From a virus (taxonomy: Duplodnaviria; Caudoviricetes), in the IMG/VR virus record IMGVR_UViG_3300048578_000034, positions 1 to 50,920 of that record: a stretch of 50,920 nucleotides of DNA; one strand, given 5' to 3'. Of this stretch, positions 1 to 7,807 are shown one piece after another. The notes under the pieces were generated by a model that worked only from the letters and a program-made list of their open reading frames with translations, searched no databases and was not told where the DNA came from. The position numbers and the translations under genes are program-made. The stretch's first letter is position 1; each line of letters opens with the position of its first letter.

Positions 1-85
1 CTTCATCGAATTGGTCCAGGCCGTGACAGGGGCCGGCAAGGCGGCTTGACGCCGATGGCCAAACCGCCGATGGCATGGGCCGAAT

Positions 86-127
86 GCGGGCGTGGCGGAA
101 CTGGTAGACGCACTGGATTTAGGTTCC
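86..127 (+). repeat. Left att core, the 5' half of tRNA-Leu
   Basis: GCGGGCGTGGCGGAACTGGTAGACGCACTGGATTTAGGTTCC is identical to 50794..50835 and diverges from the tRNA after the anticodon arm. Confidence 0.96.
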
Positions 128-1240
128 GTTCCCGCCCTTTGATTCTACGTCATTTTCCGGCGTTGTCGCGTCTTTTGTGGGGGGTTTTGTGTCATACGTC
201 TGGCGCAGCGCCTTCCGCAGATCGTCCTTGTTCGTGTGGGCGTAGCGGGCCGAACTGGCGATGCTCTGATGGTTCAGCAGGTCTTGGACCAGCTTGATAT
301 TCCCGGTGGCCCTGTAGAGCGTCGTAGCGGCGTGGTGGCGTAGGTCATGGGCTGGGCGGGCGTTGGTGATCCCGGCGCGGTCTAGGGCGGCCCTGGAGGC
401 GCTCTGGAAGCCTCGCCAGCGGATGGGGGTCAGTTCCCCGCCTTCGTCACGAAACCAGACCGTATCGAGCCCTGCGGCCATTGCGCGGGCCTTCCTGGCG
501 GCGAGGTCGCGCATGTCGTCCTCGTGAATCTGGAGCGGATGATCCATGCCGTTCTTTGTGTCGTACAGCATGATCTCGCCAGCCTCGACGTTGACGGCTG
601 ACGGGGCGAAGAACGCTTCATCCAGGCGGACGCCATAGCGGGCGATGAAGTCGAACACCGGGCGGTGCCAGTCGGGCAGCTGAGAGCGCCACGCGGCCAT
701 TTCCTCGGCAGTGAAATTGCGGACCCGGCCCCTGGGCTCCTTAAGCCGCAGCTTGGCCCATTTGATGCGCCGCACCGGCTCCTCTAGCGTGTCCTCGGCA
801 TAGTGGAGGATGGGGCGCAGGGTTGTGTCGATGATGTCGCGGTTGACCGTGCTATTGCTCGGTAGCCTGGCCTCGCCATCCTTGGGCGTCTGTTTGATCG
901 GTTCGACGCGGCGCGATATGATGGCGTCGGCAATCTCGCGCGGGCCAACGTCGATCACGGGTAGATCGGGGTTGATGTGCCGGAACAGGATCGCCACCCG
1001 ATAGGCCGTCGTCACGTCGGACTTCTTGCCTTCGATGCAGGCGGCGTACCACTTGTCGGCGGCCTCCCTCAGCGTGTGGACCTTTCGGCTAACCGGCGTT
1101 CCCAGCTTGAGAGATTCCCGGTAGGCTTGAACGTAGCGTTCGGCTTTAGCCTTCGTTTTCTCGCCGGTTGATCCTCGCTGGCGGTCTCCTTTGCAAACGA
1201 AGTCGAAGTGGTAGATGTCGCCGCGCTTGTAGACGGACAC
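119..1240 (-). CDS. int: Tyrosine recombinase (phage integrase)
   Basis: YGVR(L)DE, K, HDLRH, LLNH and RY catalytic motifs; GTG start at 1240 after GGAGG (ORF track starts at 1276); stop codon lies inside the att core. Confidence 0.95.
   Translation of the reverse strand: MSVYKRGDIYHFDFVCKGDRQRGSTGEKTKAKAERYVQAYRESLKLGTPVSRKVHTLREAADKWYAACIEGKKSDVTTAYRVAILFRHINPDLPVIDVGPREIADAIISRRVEPIKQTPKDGEARLPSNSTVNRDIIDTTLRPILHYAEDTLEEPVRRIKWAKLRLKEPRGRVRNFTAEEMAAWRSQLPDWHRPVFDFIARYGVRLDEAFFAPSAVNVEAGEIMLYDTKNGMDHPLQIHEDDMRDLAARKARAMAAGLDTVWFRDEGGELTPIRWRGFQSASRAALDRAGITNARPAHDLRHHAATTLYRATGNIKLVQDLLNHQSIASSARYAHTNKDDLRKALRQTYDTKPPTKDATTPENDVESKGGNGT
175..191 (+). promoter_or_regulatory. Putative integrase arm-type site (left arm)
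   Basis: TTGTGGGGGGTTTTGTG matches 50674..50690 at 15/17 positions; both lie just inside the att cores. Confidence 0.55.
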
Positions 1241-1425
1241 AGGTAAGCCTCCAGATCGTCGGAGCGGATGCGCCATGTGGCGCCGACTTTGCGGCCAGGA
1301 AGTTCGCCCCGCGCCAGGACCCCGCGCAAGGTCTTCTCACTCACGCGAAGCCGCTTAGCGACCTCCGCGAAGGTCAGCACCGTTGGCAAGCCGTCCGACT
1401 GCTTAAAGCTCGCCGCCCTTGTCAT
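1069..1425 (-). CDS. xis: Excisionase-like helix-turn-helix protein
   Basis: LTFAEVAKRLRVSEKTLRGVLARGELPGRKVGATWRI is a typical Xis/HTH_17 pattern; directly upstream of and overlapping int. Confidence 0.85.
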   Translation of the reverse strand: MTRAASFKQSDGLPTVLTFAEVAKRLRVSEKTLRGVLARGELPGRKVGATWRIRSDDLEAYLCPSTSAATSTTSTSFAKETASEDQPARKRRLKPNATFKPTGNLSSWERRLAERSTR

Positions 1426-1976
1426 GCTGCGATCTCCAGCTTGGGCGCCCGACGCATGGCGCGAATAGCGGGGTCTGGATGCCAACCCCACACGAAACCG
1501 GATCGCCCCTTGCGGCCGGTCCTCGGGTCGAAGCCGCCACTGCGGAAGGTGCCGAGCTTTACCCATCCGTCGTTGCGGTAGAGATCGCCGGAGTGAAGAT
1601 GGCCGTCCTGGTAAGAGACCGCCCACTCGTGGCCGCGCGCCTGACAGATCGCCGGAAACGCGAACTCGCGCCAAAGGCGGACCACGACCCGGCAAAGGTC
1701 GCGCCGCTCAGCGCAGACGCGGGAAAGCTCTGTTGTTGTCTCGCGAGGCAGAAAGGCCATGCCGGCGCAGTTCTCTCGGATCAGCGTTGACCAAGCAGAG
1801 ACGGCAACCAAGCGCCCGTCGTGGCGCAGCCCATGAGCTCCGCCGCCGTACTGAAGCGGGCGCTTGAGCGGCCCCATCTGATGGCCCCATCGCGCGAGGC
1901 AGTCGTTCAACTCGGCCTCGGTGATCACGTCGAACGAAACCAGCGGATCAATGAGTAGCCTCGCCGCCCTTGTCAT
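1422..1976 (-). CDS. Mom/XF1762-like GNAT-fold putative DNA modification protein
   Basis: ELSRVC...SYQDGHLHSGDLYRNDGW resembles the ELxR...SYxD...GxxYxxxGW pattern of Mom-like proteins. Confidence 0.6.
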   Translation of the reverse strand: MTRAARLLIDPLVSFDVITEAELNDCLARWGHQMGPLKRPLQYGGGAHGLRHDGRLVAVSAWSTLIRENCAGMAFLPRETTTELSRVCAERRDLCRVVVRLWREFAFPAICQARGHEWAVSYQDGHLHSGDLYRNDGWVKLGTFRSGGFDPRTGRKGRSGFVWGWHPDPAIRAMRRAPKLEIAA

Positions 1977-2476
1977 GATGAGACCGGGGGAGGGGGAAGG
2001 GGGCGCCAGCCGTAGCGGACGCTTCGGTTCCATTCATCCGCTGCGATGGAGAAGGCCGGACCCGGACCCTCTTCGTGCCCCTCCTGATAGTCCGGCTCCA
2101 GGTCGCGGATGATGTTCCAACCGCCCAGGTCTTCCGTGGTCATCTCGCCCTGGCGATCTACCGCGTGCCGAACCCGCCGGCACATTACCCACGACCCGAA
2201 CGACGGGTGGTCAAGATTGCAGCCGAGAAACAGGGTTCCGTCTCGCGGCGCGCCGTCGTCGATAGGCTTCCACCCATCCCCTCCTATGAGGTTGAGAGCA
2301 TCATGAGCCGCCGCAAGGTATTCTTCCCGCATCGGCTCGTTGATGTCGCGGTATCGCCCGCCCTTCTCGCCTCGCGCCGCGTTCCACTCGGACTTGTTGA
2401 CGAAGGCGTGGTCCAGGTCATCGCCAAGGGCCTCTGCGATAGCCCGCGCCACCTTCTCTCTCAGATCCTCAGACAT
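1973..2476 (-). CDS. Hypothetical phage protein
   Basis: ATG after GGAG; WKPIDDGAPRDGT and WRPLPPPP motifs common in phage accessory proteins; ATGA-coupled to the next gene. Confidence 0.75.
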   Translation of the reverse strand: MSEDLREKVARAIAEALGDDLDHAFVNKSEWNAARGEKGGRYRDINEPMREEYLAAAHDALNLIGGDGWKPIDDGAPRDGTLFLGCNLDHPSFGSWVMCRRVRHAVDRQGEMTTEDLGGWNIIRDLEPDYQEGHEEGPGPAFSIAADEWNRSVRYGWRPLPPPPVSS

Positions 2477-2660
2477 TGGAGGTCTCCAGGGTGCGGAGGA
2501 GGGCGCGAACCTGAGCGATGGACTGCTCAAAGCCGCGAGCCTTGCCGCGAAGGCTCGCCGCGAATATCCGATCTCCAGACCGCTCAGCCTGCAAAGCGCC
2601 CGCCTCACACCAGCGGGCCTCTTCCTCCAGCCGCTCAATCAGTCCTGCGATGTCAATCAT
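2469..2660 (-). CDS. Hypothetical protein
   Basis: MIDIAGLIERLEEE start with GGAG RBS, overlapping its neighbours. Confidence 0.65.
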   Translation of the reverse strand: MIDIAGLIERLEEEARWCEAGALQAERSGDRIFAASLRGKARGFEQSIAQVRALLRTLETSNV

Positions 2661-3124
2661 TGTTCGGTCTCCATAGACTTGAGGAGGGCGAGGCACAGGG
2701 CGAGAGGCGCAGTTTTGTGGCAGGCCGCCCAGGTCCCGCCGACGTCGCTCGGAAAGCCATGCGTGATCCCCAATGTCGCCGAGTAAGGATCTGCAACCGG
2801 CTCGTCATCGAAGTCGATGCGCCAGCCGTAGCAGCCAATCTGCGCGCGAAATCGCTCCACCAGGGCCAGGGCTGCGTCTAGGGAGGCGGTGTAGGCGTGA
2901 ATGCCACCCGGCCCGCGCACGTCGCGGTTGGTGTAGAAGTTGCGTGAATGCTCGCCGGGGTCGGCCCAACCAACCACGCCATGATGGCCCGCCACCAGGG
3001 TCGTGCCTTGCCACTCCAGCTCAACGCCCGCATCGAGCGCCCACAGGTGGCAGTCAATCTCCCGATCCGGCCCCGTCGCCTTCTCCAGCCGTTCAATCAG
3101 TCCTTCGATCTCACCCATGATCAT
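2657..3124 (-). CDS. Hypothetical phage protein
   Basis: LIERLEKATGPDREID...YTASLDAA...TAPLALCLALL, a pattern frequent in alphaproteobacterial phages. Confidence 0.75.
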   Translation of the reverse strand: MIMGEIEGLIERLEKATGPDREIDCHLWALDAGVELEWQGTTLVAGHHGVVGWADPGEHSRNFYTNRDVRGPGGIHAYTASLDAALALVERFRAQIGCYGWRIDFDDEPVADPYSATLGITHGFPSDVGGTWAACHKTAPLALCLALLKSMETEQ

Positions 3125-3533
3125 CCCCCTTCACGGCTTGGACGGGGGAGAGGGCGGCTCGGGCGATCCGGCCCTCATCGGCTAGGAGTTTTGGCGTGGG
3201 GCGACCTTCGATGCCGACGGCCTGTCCGCCCTCTTCATCGCCATACGGCTCACCAATCCACTGATCGGCATAGAACCTCAGCGCCTCCTCCAGCGCCTTG
3301 GTCCGGGGGTCGGTTGGCGGGGAGGTGGGGTTCTGTCGGCGAACCTCGCGGATTACCTCTTCGGCTTCCTCGCCGCGATAGAGGTGGCCGATCTGGGCTG
3401 GCGTCAGCTTCGCGATCCCGCCGCGCAGCATGTTGAGGTGGACGGCGTTCGGGTCCATCAACAGGGCCTCGAAGTCCACCGGCTCCCCCGCGCCTTCCTG
3501 TGGGGGTTGTTCCGCCTCTGTGATCTCAGTCAT
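3111..3533 (-). CDS. Hypothetical protein
   Basis: ORF with AAGGA RBS in the leftward operon. Confidence 0.65.
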   Translation of the reverse strand: MTEITEAEQPPQEGAGEPVDFEALLMDPNAVHLNMLRGGIAKLTPAQIGHLYRGEEAEEVIREVRRQNPTSPPTDPRTKALEEALRFYADQWIGEPYGDEEGGQAVGIEGRPTPKLLADEGRIARAALSPVQAVKGDDHG

Positions 3534-3617
3534 GTCCTTAGCCTTATGAAAAGATAGGGTTTGTTCCGCCCGGAGTCGCCATTCGTGTCGCCCAAGAGCG
3601 ACATCGGAGGGGTCGGG

Positions 3618-3962
3618 CTAGCTGGAGGGGGGCGGCTTCCCAGAGCGACGTGCTTGACCTAGAGAGACGCGCTCCTCGTAGACATCGCCGTCTTCGTCAG
3701 CCATTGCTCGGCAGCACTCTTCGCACCAACCGAACCGCATGAAATCGCTATCGTAGATCTCAGCGCGGCGACGCACTCGGGTGCCCGGAACGATCTGGCC
3801 GGCGCAGGTGTGGCACTCGCCGCCCTTGCGGGCCGTGACAATGCGATCTTCAAGGATGCCGTCATCCGCACCGGCCCCGCCGAAATCTCCAGCGAACGGG
3901 TCAGATGCGAGGCAAACGGCTTCCCACTCCATCACTTGCCCGGGGGCCTTCAACTCGCTCAT
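3618..3962 (-). CDS. Hypothetical zinc-binding protein
   Basis: TARKGGECHTC...WCEEC, two CxxC pairs; AAGGAAG RBS. Confidence 0.7.
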   Translation of the reverse strand: MSELKAPGQVMEWEAVCLASDPFAGDFGGAGADDGILEDRIVTARKGGECHTCAGQIVPGTRVRRRAEIYDSDFMRFGWCEECCRAMADEDGDVYEERVSLGQARRSGKPPPSS

Positions 3963-3991
3963 CTCACTTCCTTTCTCGTGGGGCTAAAGGG

Positions 3992-4375
3992 CTAGTCCCG
4001 GACATATCGGCCCTTGGACCAGTCGAACCGGGCGCCGGGGGGCTTCCTGAAACCTCGCGGCGACTTGACCTTCGCCCGGGTCAGCTTCTCCTGGCGCTTG
4101 GCCTTCGCCATCCGCGGCGCGTCGTGCTTGGCGGTCTTCTCGGCATGGCAGGCGACGTGCGTTGGGCGCAGATTCTCAACGCTGTCGTCGCCCGTGATCC
4201 CGCGCATCTCGCGATGGTCGTACTCGACGCCTTCGCCGGCCGGCGGGACGGGCTTGCCGCACAATTCGCAGATCCCGTTGGCGTCGTTCCAAGCCTTGAT
4301 CTTCTCAGCCTTCGTCGGCGGCTTGCGGGGCGGGATCACCACGCGCTCGCGGGTCATCAACGGATTAACGGTCAT
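3992..4375 (-). CDS. HNH endonuclease
   Basis: CELC...EYDH...N(L)RPTHVACHAEKT. Confidence 0.85.
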   Translation of the reverse strand: MTVNPLMTRERVVIPPRKPPTKAEKIKAWNDANGICELCGKPVPPAGEGVEYDHREMRGITGDDSVENLRPTHVACHAEKTAKHDAPRMAKAKRQEKLTRAKVKSPRGFRKPPGARFDWSKGRYVRD

Positions 4376-4527
4376 CGCTCTCCGCTCCCGTCACAGTCCT
4401 TGCAAGGCGTCAGGGGCCGACCATGGGGGCCGGTTGTCTCTGTGGCCTGGCGGGGGGTCTCTGGGGTCCAGGTGGGGTTGGGGTGGCTGATGGAGCCAGA
4501 GCCGTTGCAGGGGATGCAGGAGGTCAC
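4372..4527 (-). CDS. Small zinc-finger protein
   Basis: CIPCNGSG and CKDCDGSG (CxxCxGxG repeats); probable GTG start overlapping the upstream stop. Confidence 0.55.
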   Translation of the reverse strand: MTSCIPCNGSGSISHPNPTWTPETPRQATETTGPHGRPLTPCKDCDGSGER

Positions 4528-4718
4528 CGGCCCTTCCTCCCGCAATCCGGGCAAAGGTGAAGCCACTCATCGCCCACCTTCTCAGCGCGCCAGCCCTCGC
4601 GCTTCGCAGCGCCCCAGGCCTCGTTGAAGTCCTCGCTGGAGTAGTCGAACGGCGTCGTGTCACAGCCGTCGCACTCGAATTTGAACTCGCCCTCGCGGCG
4701 GTCGTAATGCGTGGTCAC
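4524..4718 (-). CDS. Small zinc-binding protein
   Basis: FECDGC...HLCPDC. Confidence 0.65.
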   Translation of the reverse strand: MTTHYDRREGEFKFECDGCDTTPFDYSSEDFNEAWGAAKREGWRAEKVGDEWLHLCPDCGRKGR

Positions 4719-5014
4719 GCCCGCGCCTCCCGCTCAAACACGCGGAAGCTGGTCACGGGCCGGGTATCGACCACCTCGCCAGACCTAAGCCGCTCAAGCG
4801 CCCTGGAGCCGTCCTCGGTCAGGCGGTAGTCGCCCTGCGTAAGCAACACGAACCCGTCGTCGATCAGGGCTTCCATGATCCAATAGGCCTTGTTTCGGGT
4901 GGTGGGTGACGCGGCGTCGAGATAGCGCGTGAGCTCTGAAAGGTCGGCGGGACCGGCCTCAAGATGCGCCAGGGCGAAGTGGCTGCGATGTCCGGGGTGG
5001 TAGGCGCTCGGCAT
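4715..5014 (-). CDS. Hypothetical protein, possible winged helix
   Basis: ATG at 5014 after GGAGG; LIDDGFV...YRLTEDG resembles a wHTH wing. Confidence 0.6.
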   Translation of the reverse strand: MPSAYHPGHRSHFALAHLEAGPADLSELTRYLDAASPTTRNKAYWIMEALIDDGFVLLTQGDYRLTEDGSRALERLRSGEVVDTRPVTSFRVFEREARA

Positions 5015-5136
5015 CAGGAAGCCTCCGTCTGGTCTGAGGTTTGGAGACGACGGCGCCGGGAAACGCGAGAAGACAGGCCCGCGCGAAAGGACCGCATTTC
5101 GTCCAGGGTGACGGCGTGAGGGTCGCGGGGGTCCAT
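5014..5136 (-). CDS. Small hypothetical protein
   Basis: 40-aa ORF coupled by TAATG and TGATG overlaps, GGAGG RBS. Confidence 0.45.
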   Translation of the reverse strand: MDPRDPHAVTLDEMRSFRAGLSSRVSRRRRLQTSDQTEAS

Positions 5137-5843
5137 TAGGCGGCCCTCCGGCGTTGTAGTTCGCGCGCCGCGTTCCACTTCGTGTCGGCGTCGAGATCGG
5201 ATTTGTTTGCAACCCACTCCAGGTAATCGGCAGGGGCCTCAGACCATTGCGAGCCTTTGTGCTTGCCGAATGTGATCTTCGGCAGCAGACGCGGCTGATC
5301 CGTCCAGGCGACCATGTCGCGGCCGGTGGCGAGGCCCAGAAGGGCGCGGAGGATATGGGCCGTGACATAGGCGTCCGGCCCAGCCCGGTGCGAGGGTTGC
5401 GCCAGCTTCGGGTCCAGGCCGGTGATGAGGCCCTGATCCTCAAGCCAGTAGCGCAGGGCGCCGTTTGAATGGCTGGGCGCGTCCGGCCAGACCCGCAGGG
5501 CGGCCTTATAGGTGCACAGGAAGTGCATCACGCCGATGGCTTCCGGCATGAAGGACGCCTCGAACTGGACATTGTGAGCTGCGAGGAGGGCGCAATCGCT
5601 GGCGTCCTCAACAAGGGCGGTCGGATCGAACGGCGCCGCCCCGTTCACGTCATCCATGGTGATGTGGTGGACCGCCCGGACCTCCGGCGGTATCGCGGCG
5701 ACCCCGCAAAGCCAGGAGTCGGGCTCGCCCACTTCCCAGGAGCCGTCGGCAAGCTGCGTCAGGTCGCAGATGCCGACCTCGCAGACCTCAGCCGGCGGGC
5801 CCATGCCGGTCGTTTCGAAGTCGATCACGCGGAGGACGGTCAT
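5136..5843 (-). CDS. DEDDh 3'-5' exonuclease (ExoX-like)
   Basis: IDFETTG, AAHN..FE, HRAGPD motifs; C-terminal ITFGKHKG domain. Confidence 0.9.
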   Translation of the reverse strand: MTVLRVIDFETTGMGPPAEVCEVGICDLTQLADGSWEVGEPDSWLCGVAAIPPEVRAVHHITMDDVNGAAPFDPTALVEDASDCALLAAHNVQFEASFMPEAIGVMHFLCTYKAALRVWPDAPSHSNGALRYWLEDQGLITGLDPKLAQPSHRAGPDAYVTAHILRALLGLATGRDMVAWTDQPRLLPKITFGKHKGSQWSEAPADYLEWVANKSDLDADTKWNAARELQRRRAA

Positions 5844-6832
5844 TGACCCGCCCCTTCGCGATCAGCCAAAGCCTTCCGCTTGCCGTTGATCCGCGCGACC
5901 AGGGCCTTGGCGACGGCCGGCTTGTCGGCTTCAAGGTCGGCGAACCGGGCCTTGTTCTCTTCGGCGTCGGTGACGGCGTTCAGGGCGCCCAGGGTCTCGG
6001 CCTTATCGACGGCGAGGTTCACCTCCGCAGCCCAGGTCAAAAGGTCGAAGGGCTCGGCTTCGTCCGCGGCCGGCTCCTCGCTCGCCTTCTCCTCAACCTC
6101 CGCGTCGATCACCTCGCCCGTCTCAGCGTCGTGGGCGGGGATCTGATCGCCGTCCAGGGCTTCGTCCAGGGCCTGGGTCCGGGTCTCAGCCTGGGATGCC
6201 GTGAAGCCCTCTGAGGCGGCTTCCTGGCGGGCCTCCAGGCGTTCGCGCAGGCCAGATGGACGCGGGGTCACATCGCGGACGGGCTGATAGTCTTCGACCT
6301 CCTCGCGGACCTGGATGCCGCGGAGCATGTCGGCGCAGCCATCGCGCAAGGCCAGGGCGCGGGCGCGCATCTGGAGCATCCGCTTGGGGTACTGCTGCCA
6401 GGGGCCGGTCTTTCCCCAGAGGCCGGCCTTCTTCGCGTCGGTCACGCTGAAGGTGCGCTCCACCTCCTCGCCTGTGTCGGGCCGGATGGCGAGGCAGTTG
6501 GCGACCATGCCGTCGCCCTCGCCCTCCAGCCATTCCTTGACCCGGACGCCGCGGGCGCGGACCACGGCGATCAGGCCATCGCCCCAGAGGGTTGGTCGGC
6601 CGTTGACCACGGCGAATGACTGCAGGCTCTGGAACGGGGCGAGGCCAAGTTCGGCGCCAGCCATGATCGCGACCATGATCTGCTCTGCCTTGTCGATGCC
6701 GCGCGGGGCGAGGCCAGAGGCGGCGATGGCCTGCGAGACGCGGAACGCCTCGTCTAGGCTCTGAGGGATCAGCGCGGCGACTTGACCGCCGGCCATGATC
6801 TGCGGCTTGGGGGCCGGGAGGTTCTGCGTCAT
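5840..6832 (-). CDS. RecT-like single-strand annealing protein
   Basis: GAELGLAP...VVNGRPTLWG...WQQYPKRML..RA pattern, acidic tail, next to a RecE-like gene. Confidence 0.85.
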   Translation of the reverse strand: MTQNLPAPKPQIMAGGQVAALIPQSLDEAFRVSQAIAASGLAPRGIDKAEQIMVAIMAGAELGLAPFQSLQSFAVVNGRPTLWGDGLIAVVRARGVRVKEWLEGEGDGMVANCLAIRPDTGEEVERTFSVTDAKKAGLWGKTGPWQQYPKRMLQMRARALALRDGCADMLRGIQVREEVEDYQPVRDVTPRPSGLRERLEARQEAASEGFTASQAETRTQALDEALDGDQIPAHDAETGEVIDAEVEEKASEEPAADEAEPFDLLTWAAEVNLAVDKAETLGALNAVTDAEENKARFADLEADKPAVAKALVARINGKRKALADREGAGQ

Positions 6833-6836
6833 CGGT

Positions 6837-7799
6837 CTATTCCGCTGCATGGGGGTAAGGCTGGTCCTGAGGCGCGTCGGCCTTCAGGAGTTCGAGGCGT
6901 TCGTCGATGGACTTGGCCGCCCATGGGGCGATCTGCAGGAACTCGGCGTCCTGCTGTTCACCGCCGGGACCGGGCCAGCGGCCGGTGCGGATGCACTCGG
7001 CGAAGAGGCGGGCCGCTGCGCGGTTCTGCATCTGGCCGCGCAACAGGTCTTCCGGGGTCATCGTGGTGACGCGGACGCAGAAGGGCGGGGCCTTCTCCAC
7101 CCAAATGAAGGTGAAGCTGGTCATCTCGACGCCCGTGGTCGCCTTGAGCGCGCCACCCGCCAAGGCCGCCTGCATCTGGTAGCCAAAGCCCGCCATGGAC
7201 TTCTGCAGGGCGTCCGTCGCCACGCTCTGGCACGTCTTCAAGTCGGCGAGGTCTCCCGAGTGGTTCGGGATCACGTCGGGCCGGGACTTCAGCCAGACGC
7301 CCGTCTCGGGACAGCGATAGATCAGGGACCGCTCAACGTCCCCGTCGAGGATGCCGGCCTTGACCATGGGATGGGCGGCGAGGCTGCGGGCGATGCCGGT
7401 CACGACGTCCAGGTCGTTCTGCGTGATGACCGTCTTGCCCTCAGCCATCATGGCTTCGCGCCACATCTTGGCGTCCTTGGTGCGCCAGTCGGACCATTGT
7501 TCGGGCCGGACGACGTACTCTTCGTCGAAGCCCGCGCGCCCCTCCAGCAGCAGCCGGTGAGCCAGGCGGCCCAGGACAAATTGCGGCTTGTCCTCGGGCT
7601 CGACCCGCTCGGGGTTCATGGGCGAGTGACACCAGTAGTGGGCCGGGCTTTCCGACCAGATCGTGCGGAGACCGCTAGAGCTGATCGAGGGGCCATCGCA
7701 GCACTGCTCGTGATACCGCTCGATGGGCATGTCCCAGACGCCGGGCTTGTCGACCAGGGCGCCAGGGGCGAGGCGGATGGGGTTGGAAATCGGGCTCAT
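6837..7799 (-). CDS. RecE/exonuclease VIII-like PD-(D/E)XK nuclease
   Basis: SISSSGL, KSRPD, DLKT and YQMQAA motifs. Confidence 0.9.
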   Translation of the reverse strand: MSPISNPIRLAPGALVDKPGVWDMPIERYHEQCCDGPSISSSGLRTIWSESPAHYWCHSPMNPERVEPEDKPQFVLGRLAHRLLLEGRAGFDEEYVVRPEQWSDWRTKDAKMWREAMMAEGKTVITQNDLDVVTGIARSLAAHPMVKAGILDGDVERSLIYRCPETGVWLKSRPDVIPNHSGDLADLKTCQSVATDALQKSMAGFGYQMQAALAGGALKATTGVEMTSFTFIWVEKAPPFCVRVTTMTPEDLLRGQMQNRAAARLFAECIRTGRWPGPGGEQQDAEFLQIAPWAAKSIDERLELLKADAPQDQPYPHAAE

Positions 7800-7807
7800 G
7801 GCTGACC

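Noticed and set aside
86-127. Second functional tRNA gene
   Set aside because: Stops within the anticodon stem; no T arm or 3' acceptor strand
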